NCBI GenBank assembly: GCA_041158725.1
Contig: JBEBAV010000001.1
Location: 1 to 50,423, forward strand
DNA: 50,423 nucleotides
From: Actinomycetota bacterium
GTDB taxonomy: Bacteria > Actinomycetota > Actinomycetes > Actinomycetales > Microbacteriaceae
Direction of reading: 5' to 3'
Position 1 is the stretch's first letter. Every line of letters begins with the position of its first letter. The position numbers and the translations under genes were made by a program. The notes beneath the pieces are model-generated. The model ran no database searches and had not been told where the DNA came from. It saw only the letters and a list, made by a program, of their open reading frames with translations. Of the stretch, positions 41,954 to 50,423 are shown one piece after another.

Positions 41954-42763
41954 TCATCCCAACAGGAGTTTTTCTATTTGAGAAAACAGGTAAGAATTGG
42001 TCGCTAGCAGCATGTCACGGCCTTCAGGAGCCCCTTCTAGCCCACCGACAACACCTCCTGCTTCACGCAGTACCAGGCTGCCCGCGGCATGATCCCAGGG
42101 TTTGGTGTCGCGTTCGTAGTAAGCATCTAGCTGTCCAGCTGCCACAGCACACAGATCCAGTGAAGCGGCGCCAGCGCGACGAATGTCTCGAACCGCAGGG
42201 AGAATGCGAGTGAGCACCTGAGCCTGTTCGGCACGAAGCTCAGAACTGTAGGCAAAACCTGTAGCAAGAAGAGTGTGCGCCAGTAAGGTCTCCTGGTTCA
42301 CGGCTAGCTTCACGGTTGTGCCTGCCTTGGTCAGGAATGCACCACCACCCAAGGAAGCGGTGTAGAGCTCTCCGTTCGCTGGGTTGAACACCACTCCAGC
42401 TAGCTGCTTCCACGTTCCAGGGTCTGGTGTTCCCTCCACCACGGCAATACTCACGGCGAACTGTGGAATGCCATAGAGATAGTTGACGGTGCCATCAATG
42501 GGGTCAACGATCCAGGTCAGACCTGTCGTTCCCGTGGAGTCACCGCCCTCCTCGCCATAGAAGCCATCCTCGGGACGAAGCTCAGCCAAGCGGCCTTTCA
42601 CAAACTCTTCGCATTCACGGTCTGCAAAGGTCACCACATCGATTGAGCTGGACTTCGTGTCTGCGATGGTCACACCTTCACGGCGTCGGCGTGCAATCAA
42701 TTCACCTGCTTCTTCAGCAATGGTGCGAGCAATATCGAGAAGTTCTGCAGGGGAAACAGCCAT
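41954..42763 (-). CDS. Inositol monophosphatase family protein (SuhB-like)
   Basis: GEE, WIVDPIDGTVNY, RRAGAASLDLC, WDHAAG. Confidence 0.92.
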   Translation of the reverse strand: MAVSPAELLDIARTIAEEAGELIARRRREGVTIADTKSSSIDVVTFADRECEEFVKGRLAELRPEDGFYGEEGGDSTGTTGLTWIVDPIDGTVNYLYGIPQFAVSIAVVEGTPDPGTWKQLAGVVFNPANGELYTASLGGGAFLTKAGTTVKLAVNQETLLAHTLLATGFAYSSELRAEQAQVLTRILPAVRDIRRAGAASLDLCAVAAGQLDAYYERDTKPWDHAAGSLVLREAGGVVGGLEGAPEGRDMLLATNSYLFSQIEKLLLG

Positions 42764-42813
42764 GCTCCAAGGCTACAAGCCTTGGAGCATGGTGAGTTTC
42801 TCTTCGAAAGGAA

Positions 42814-44550
42814 CTAAGCCTGGAAGGCGAGGGTTCCATCGATGTAGGTTTCGTTGACCACAATCTTGTCCCAGCTATCTGGGTCAGAGGTCCACGGATT
42901 AGCGTCCAAAACCGCATAGTCAGCACGCTTGCCCACTTCGAGCGAACCACGGTCATCAGCGTGGATCTGCCAGGCAGCCCCCGTGGTGATCGCGGTGAGT
43001 GCCTGCTCCACGGTTGCACACTCAGCTGGGTTGAGCACGGTGCCATCAGCCTGCAGCTGGCGCAGCACAGCAGTGCGAGCGCTCTGCAGGGGGTGAACCT
43101 TACTCACGTTGTAGTCGGAGTGAAGGCTGGGGCGAAGCCCCGCCTTGTATGCAGATGCAACGCGGTCAAGGTGCTGTGCACGTTCAGGACCAAGCAAGGT
43201 GTCGCGGAATGCAGCACCCCAGTAGAACACGTGGTTCATCAGGAAGCTGGGGCTGATGCCTGCCTGAGCAAGACGAGCGAGCTGGTCATCGGTTGTGAAG
43301 GACACGTGCTCGAAGCGGTGACGCAGGTCATTTGCCCCATAGCCAGGAAGAAGATCTTCCATCGCCTCGAGAGCCATCTCAACGGCTGCATCGCCATTGG
43401 TGTGAACCATGATCTGCCAGCCGTCATCCAGACCAGCCTTCATGGCACCGCGCAAGCCCTCTGGAGTCCAGTCAGCGTGACCACCGTTGTCTTCGCCCAG
43501 GTAAGGCTGCATGAAATATCCAGAGCGGCCCTGGTTTGATCCGTCGGTAACAACCTTCCAGGCGTCTGCGCGAACCATTTCGTCGCCACTGAATGGAGTA
43601 ACTCCCGCTTCCTTCCAGGCAGCTGCTGCTTCAGCAGGAGTCTTGCCAGGCATGATGGCGAATTGCGCTGTGGACACACGAACAGGCAGACGCTTGGCAG
43701 CGTTGAGCTGGTGCAAGGTAGCAAATTCGCTCACACCTGCCAGGCTCCCCGTTGCGGCTTCGCGCAGCGAAGTAACACCCTGACGAGAGCACTCGGTCAG
43801 AATCTCAGTGATGCCCGCAGCAATCTGCTGGGCGGTGGGCTTGGGGAACGTTGCCATCATCATCATCATGGCGGGCGCTTCCCCAACAACACCGGTGAGC
43901 TTGCCATCAGCGCGCTTGAAGGTTCCACCGGGAGGATCCATAGTCTGGTCGGTGATTCCAGCGAGCTTGAATGCTTCACTGTTGACATAGAGGTAGTGCA
44001 TCGAAGCGTTCATCACCACAACAGGGTTATTGGGTGCAATCTGGTCCAGGATGTCGCGGGTGAGGTCGGGCTCCCCGGGGAAGAGGCTGGGGTCAAAGAG
44101 CTTGCCAAGTACATATTGTCCCGCGGGGGTAGCAGCTGCCGTTGCCTTGAGCTTGGCCACAACGTCATCGAAGGTCGCACAAGCTTCGTGGGAAACATCA
44201 GTCCAGGTCAGGTTGAGCAAAGAAGTCCAGATGTGCATGTGTGGCTCGATGAGACCAGGAACAACAACACCCTCGGGCTTGACGGTCTTAGTGGAGGAAT
44301 CGACCAGACCCTCAACATCCTTGAGTGCACCAATACCGATGATCGCACCACCGGAGATAGCCATTGCCTCCGCAAGTGGTGCAGCTGGATTGCCTGTGGC
44401 AATCGTTCCCACGACGAGAGTGTCAGCAGCTTCTCCAACCGACAGCGCAGACGCGTGGCTTGCCGGGGTGATGGTTGTTCCAGAACTCGCAATGGCGGCG
44501 CCAACGTGTTCGTGGTGAAGAGGGCTTGCTTTACAGCAACCTGCAGACAT
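42814..44550 (-). CDS. Metal-dependent amidohydrolase (YtcJ-like)
   Basis: PGLIEPHMH, DGSNQGRSG, HTNGDAA, RFEH, HSD, GSLEVGKRAD. Start ATG 44550 preferred because it follows AAGGAG. Confidence 0.88.
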   Translation of the reverse strand: MSAGCCKASPLHHEHVGAAIASSGTTITPASHASALSVGEAADTLVVGTIATGNPAAPLAEAMAISGGAIIGIGALKDVEGLVDSSTKTVKPEGVVVPGLIEPHMHIWTSLLNLTWTDVSHEACATFDDVVAKLKATAAATPAGQYVLGKLFDPSLFPGEPDLTRDILDQIAPNNPVVVMNASMHYLYVNSEAFKLAGITDQTMDPPGGTFKRADGKLTGVVGEAPAMMMMMATFPKPTAQQIAAGITEILTECSRQGVTSLREAATGSLAGVSEFATLHQLNAAKRLPVRVSTAQFAIMPGKTPAEAAAAWKEAGVTPFSGDEMVRADAWKVVTDGSNQGRSGYFMQPYLGEDNGGHADWTPEGLRGAMKAGLDDGWQIMVHTNGDAAVEMALEAMEDLLPGYGANDLRHRFEHVSFTTDDQLARLAQAGISPSFLMNHVFYWGAAFRDTLLGPERAQHLDRVASAYKAGLRPSLHSDYNVSKVHPLQSARTAVLRQLQADGTVLNPAECATVEQALTAITTGAAWQIHADDRGSLEVGKRADYAVLDANPWTSDPDSWDKIVVNETYIDGTLAFQA

Positions 44551-44660
44551 GGAGAACTCCTTCGTTTCGTTCGACACTCAACGTAGCAGGAGTAGCTGAA
44601 CAAATGGTCTAGGAAAGTTGAACATCCTTCCATTACGAACTCTTGTCAGATAATGGTCAC

Positions 44661-45383
44661 GTGAGTGCTCAAAAGGTTCTGTCCGATCTGCATGAATTGG
44701 CAGACCCCGTCAGAGCCGCACACTCTGCCGGTTATTTCAAAACCGGGCCAGGTGAATACGGTGAAGGCGACATCTTTATCGGTCTCTCAGTACCGCAGGT
44801 TAGACAAGTTGCCGGGGTGCACAAATCACTGCCTCCAGCTGAGATTGCTGAACTGCTCACCTCTGAGGAACATGAAGTCCGTCTGTGTGCGCTCATCATT
44901 TTGGTGAACCGTTACAAGCGCGCCAAGTCAGAGATTGAGAAAACAGAACTTTTCGCCCTCTATCTCAGCAGCGTTCGTCAAGGCGTGGTCAACAATTGGG
45001 ATCTCATTGATACCAGTGCACCGACCTTTGGCGAATATCTCTTGCCAGATCCAGAACGCAGAGAACTCTTGCTCGAACTAGCAAAGAGTGACTCCCTGTG
45101 GGAACGACGATTGTCCATCATGTTCACTTTTACCTTTATCAGAGCAGGTGAATTCGATGACGCTCTCACTCTTGCCGAGTATCACCTAAGTGACCCTCAC
45201 GACCTCATGCACAAAGCCTGCGGCTGGATGTTGCGTGAGATTGGGAAACGCGATGTGGAGGTGCTGCGAGGATTCCTTGTAGCACATGCCACAGTCATGC
45301 CCCGAACAGAGCTGCGCTACGCGATAGAAAAACTCGATGAAGACGAGAGACAGTATTGGTTGACGCTCAGGCGTGAAAGCTGA
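44661..45383 (+). CDS. DNA alkylation repair protein (AlkD-like HEAT-repeat glycosylase)
   Basis: FKTGPGEYGEGD, NNWDLID, LWERR, HKACGWMLREIGKR, RYAIE. Likely a leaderless GTG start at 44661. Confidence 0.88.
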   Translation: MSAQKVLSDLHELADPVRAAHSAGYFKTGPGEYGEGDIFIGLSVPQVRQVAGVHKSLPPAEIAELLTSEEHEVRLCALIILVNRYKRAKSEIEKTELFALYLSSVRQGVVNNWDLIDTSAPTFGEYLLPDPERRELLLELAKSDSLWERRLSIMFTFTFIRAGEFDDALTLAEYHLSDPHDLMHKACGWMLREIGKRDVEVLRGFLVAHATVMPRTELRYAIEKLDEDERQYWLTLRRES

Positions 45384-45393
45384 GCATAGATGA

Positions 45394-45423
45394 GTAAAGC
45401 CCCTGACATTTCAGGGGCTTTAC
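45394..45423. terminator. Bidirectional terminator
   Basis: GTAAAGCCCCTGA-CATT-TCAGGGGCTTTAC. Confidence 0.8.
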
Positions 45424-45440
45424 CGAATGCGTCTAGATCA

Positions 45441-47738
<2,298 letters not shown>

Positions 47739-47759
47739 CTTTTTCTGACGGCAACAAGA

Positions 47760-47781
47760 AAGCCCCTCCGAGGAGGGGCTT
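47760..47781 (-). terminator. Terminator after tRNA-Tyr
   Basis: AAGCCCCTCC-GA-GGAGGGGCTT followed by a U-rich run on the minus strand. Confidence 0.75.
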
Positions 47782-47787
47782 ATCTGT

Positions 47788-47872
47788 TGGTGGCAAGTGA
47801 GGGATTCGAACCCCCGAAGGCTGAGCCGTCTGATTTACAGTCAGATCCCTTTGGCCGCTAGGGTAACTTGCC
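47788..47872 (-). tRNA. tRNA-Tyr(GTA)
   Basis: GGCAAGTT...TCTGA-CTGTAAA-TCAGA, long variable arm, GTTCGAATC, ACTTGCCACCA. Confidence 0.96.
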
Positions 47873-47954
47873 GTTGCAGTTCGTCATGAATATTCACGAC
47901 TAAGTGCCCCTCAACAATACCGGGGCAAGGCGATAGTTGAAAATCGTCCCCGCT

Positions 47955-48722
47955 TTAGTTCGTGGCAGGAACCTTGCTGGCGTACTCATTAGCCTTGTTT
48001 GCTACATCCTGCATGTACTTCGGAACCTGGTTATATCCAAAGACAGCATCCTGCCATCCTTGTGGCGTGGAGAGGTCTCCTCCCGAATAACAAAGGTAAC
48101 GACCAGCCGCTAAAGCGGCGTCGTCGATGTTCTGTCCATCTTCATTACCGTCGTTGTTGCCATCGTTGTGCCACGCAGCCCAGGTCGGTGGAACAATCTG
48201 CATAGGTCCCACAGCACGATCAAACTCGGCAGTGCCATCAAAGTTTCCGTCATCAAAGTCAGGCATAGCCTTGGTGTCGTTCTTCCCATCAAGGGGAATG
48301 CCATAAATGGGCTCAGACATGTTGCCATCGGGCAGAATCTTCCCGCCGAAGATGGTGCCGTGGTGGGATTCCACCCAGCCAATTCCGGCGAGGGTGTTCC
48401 ACGACAGGTGACACTCAGGGTCGACAACAGAGAGGCCGATCGCCACACCGGCATACGCCGTGAGAGCGCGCTCCGGAATTCCCGTTTGCTGTGCTGTCTG
48501 CTTCACCCACGTGGGATCAGGTAATTCCGCAATCGCGGTGTGCGCAAGCTGGTCCAGGGTCATGCCCTCAACATGGGGTGGGGCAGCGAGAGCTGGCGCA
48601 AACGGCCCCTGTTCGGAAGTGGACTGACCGCCTGTAGCGCAGGACACAAACCCCCATGTGGCAACACCAATAACCGCAATCACGATGAGTGTGCGGTTAC
48701 GTCGAACTTTCTTGGATGCCAT
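47955..48722 (-). CDS. Lytic murein transglycosylase (SLT-like), membrane anchored
   Basis: LAGIGWVESHHG (catalytic Glu), RAVGPMQ, DAALAAGRYLC, YN. N-terminal basic stretch plus TM. Start moved to 48722. Confidence 0.87.
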   Translation of the reverse strand: MASKKVRRNRTLIVIAVIGVATWGFVSCATGGQSTSEQGPFAPALAAPPHVEGMTLDQLAHTAIAELPDPTWVKQTAQQTGIPERALTAYAGVAIGLSVVDPECHLSWNTLAGIGWVESHHGTIFGGKILPDGNMSEPIYGIPLDGKNDTKAMPDFDDGNFDGTAEFDRAVGPMQIVPPTWAAWHNDGNNDGNEDGQNIDDAALAAGRYLCYSGGDLSTPQGWQDAVFGYNQVPKYMQDVANKANEYASKVPATN

Positions 48723-48785
48723 CACTATCCATTCTGTTGGCCCCGGCTGACAATCTGCCGAAGACGGGCTGGATAACATGGACTC

Positions 48786-49274
48786 ATGGCTGATTCATCA
48801 TTTGACGTAGTAAGCAAGGTCGACAAAATGGAGACCGATAACGCCCTCAACCAGGCAATCAAAGAGGTTGAGCAGCGTTACGACTTCAAGAACGTCGGCG
48901 CCTCCATCGAGTGGAGCGGCGAAAAGATTCTCATGAAGGCCAACTCAGAAGAGCGCGTAAAAGCAATCCTCGAGGTCTTCGAGCAGAAACTGATCAAGCG
49001 CGGAATCTCCCTGCGCAGCCTCGACGCCGGTGACCCATTCCCTTCAGGTAAAGAATTCCGCATCGAAGCCAAGATGAAAGAGGGCATCGATCAGGAGAAC
49101 GCCAAGAAGGTCACCAAGCTCATCCGTGACGAGGGCCCCAAGTCGGTCAAGTCACAGATTCAGGGCGATGAGGTGCGCGTCTCTTCCAAGAGCCGTGATG
49201 ACCTTCAGGCCACGATGGCCCTGCTCAAGGGAGCAGACTTGCCCGTTGCGCTCCAGTTTGTGAACTTCCGCTAG
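48786..49274 (+). CDS. yajQ: YajQ family nucleotide/c-di-GMP-binding protein
   Basis: [36 protein letters not shown]. Confidence 0.95.
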   Translation: MADSSFDVVSKVDKMETDNALNQAIKEVEQRYDFKNVGASIEWSGEKILMKANSEERVKAILEVFEQKLIKRGISLRSLDAGDPFPSGKEFRIEAKMKEGIDQENAKKVTKLIRDEGPKSVKSQIQGDEVRVSSKSRDDLQATMALLKGADLPVALQFVNFR

Positions 49275-49284
49275 AAAGCGAAAC

Positions 49285-49315
49285 AGCTCAGGCCCGCCAT
49301 TGGCGGGCCTGAGCT
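49285..49315. terminator. Bidirectional terminator
   Basis: AGCTCAGGCCCGCC-ATT-GGCGGGCCTGAGCT. Confidence 0.75.
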
Positions 49316-49329
49316 CGTTAAGAACTTGC

Positions 49330-50423
49330 TTATTTGAAGCCGAGAACTTCTTCGCCCCAGGCTTTGCGGATCTCCCCATCAGGATCATTCTCAACCGTGT
49401 CGCTGGTATTGATGATCAGCGTGCTTCTCGTCTGCTCGTCATAACGAGGCCATGACAGCTCGTGATGAGTGTGAGAATCTGTAGTCACGGGGCTCGACGT
49501 GCGTGCGAAGCTCAGCCAGCGAGCCATGATGCGGGAAGAAATTTCTTGGGCCTCTTTGAGGCCACCCAGTCGGAACTGGAGTGCTTTCTTTCCCTTCATC
49601 TTGTCGGGCAGCGTGCCGAACACGTAGGGAAGTTCTGTTGCGTGACTGGCACCAATGCCGAGAAGTTTCATCAACGGTGGAGCTTGATCGAAGCGATACA
49701 TCCAAGTGGGTGCAACACGAGAGTGTGCCTCGGCAACCCAGATTGAGGGCATGCGGAACCCGGCATCACGTGAGATTTCCATTGCACCCTTCTGCTTCGG
49801 GAAGTCAGGGTAGGCGGCAATAATTTCTGCCTCAGAATCCTTTAGCGCAGGATTGTCTTTGGCCACGAGTTCAAACATCTCATCGATAGCTGATTCACTA
49901 ATCGGCATCAGCGGGGACTTCATCATTTTGAACAGAGCCGCCTCGTCATGGTTCGTCCCAATGATGAGAGGCACCTTGTGCTGCTTTCCCGCTCGGAATG
50001 CCGCAACCGGATATCCGGGAATCAAATCTCCATCAATAACAGGTGCGAAGGCAACTGTGCCCGGCGCGGTGTTGGCCACGTGATTGAGCAGGTTGGTTGT
50101 TTGAGATGCCAGAGTGATGGCATCAATCTCGCGGAGACGCTTCGCAGCGTCTTTGGCTTCCACGCCAATCAAGTCCAGATAAGCCTGGGCAACACCAGCT
50201 GCACGCTCAGGCTTATAGACACTGGTTGCTGGTGAGCTCTCTGCGATGGCTTTGTGGAAGAGGCCTTCTGCTGCAGGCATAGTCATCAGTGTGGTGACAC
50301 ATCCAGCACCCGCTGACTCACCAAAGATGGTGACGTCATCAGGATTGCCACCAAAGGCGGCAATGTTATCTTTCACCCAGTGCAGTGCCAGAAGAATGTC
50401 GCGCATACCGAGGTTGGATTCGA
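49330..50423 (-). CDS. Type-B carboxylesterase/lipase (5' end outside the window)
   Basis: WVKDNIAAFGGNPDDVTIFGESAG (catalytic Ser), GTNHDE, GASHATELPYVFG. Confidence 0.92.
   Translation of the reverse strand, partial: ESNLGMRDILLALHWVKDNIAAFGGNPDDVTIFGESAGAGCVTTLMTMPAAEGLFHKAIAESSPATSVYKPERAAGVAQAYLDLIGVEAKDAAKRLREIDAITLASQTTNLLNHVANTAPGTVAFAPVIDGDLIPGYPVAAFRAGKQHKVPLIIGTNHDEAALFKMMKSPLMPISESAIDEMFELVAKDNPALKDSEAEIIAAYPDFPKQKGAMEISRDAGFRMPSIWVAEAHSRVAPTWMYRFDQAPPLMKLLGIGASHATELPYVFGTLPDKMKGKKALQFRLGGLKEAQEISSRIMARWLSFARTSSPVTTDSHTHHELSWPRYDEQTRSTLIINTSDTVENDPDGEIRKAWGEEVLGFK

Overview
This is an ordinary chromosomal segment of a moderately GC-rich, gene-dense actinobacterium. Gene order and content suggest Microbacteriaceae, possibly a streamlined freshwater lineage; that assignment is inference. 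The core genes are mqo, ask-asd, dnaX-recR, ffs (SRP RNA), purNH, sucCD, pcrA, icd, yajQ and tRNAs for Ser (two copies), Met, Thr and Tyr. Five less routine items stand out. (1) A heliorhodopsin abuts a winged-HTH regulator/TerC operon that is divergent from an orphan SbtA-type bicarbonate transporter, a candidate light/pH/CO2 module. (2) A 38-aa Cys-rich microprotein missing from the ORF track has a strong RBS and a CsoR/RicR-type operator. (3) A full-length tRNA-Ser(GGA) duplication, with one copy damaged, brackets a LAxTG sortase-anchored surface protein. (4) A kinase + pseudo-kinase + response regulator operon. (5) An HNH-fold protein lacking its catalytic His. Other readable signals are the nested aspartokinase beta-subunit start, a palindrome shared by sucC and icd, an IdeR box before a VIT1 gene, widespread leaderless promoters, and four 4-nt convergent stop overlaps. 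I found no CRISPR array, integrase or transposase. All family calls come from motif recognition by eye, not database searches.
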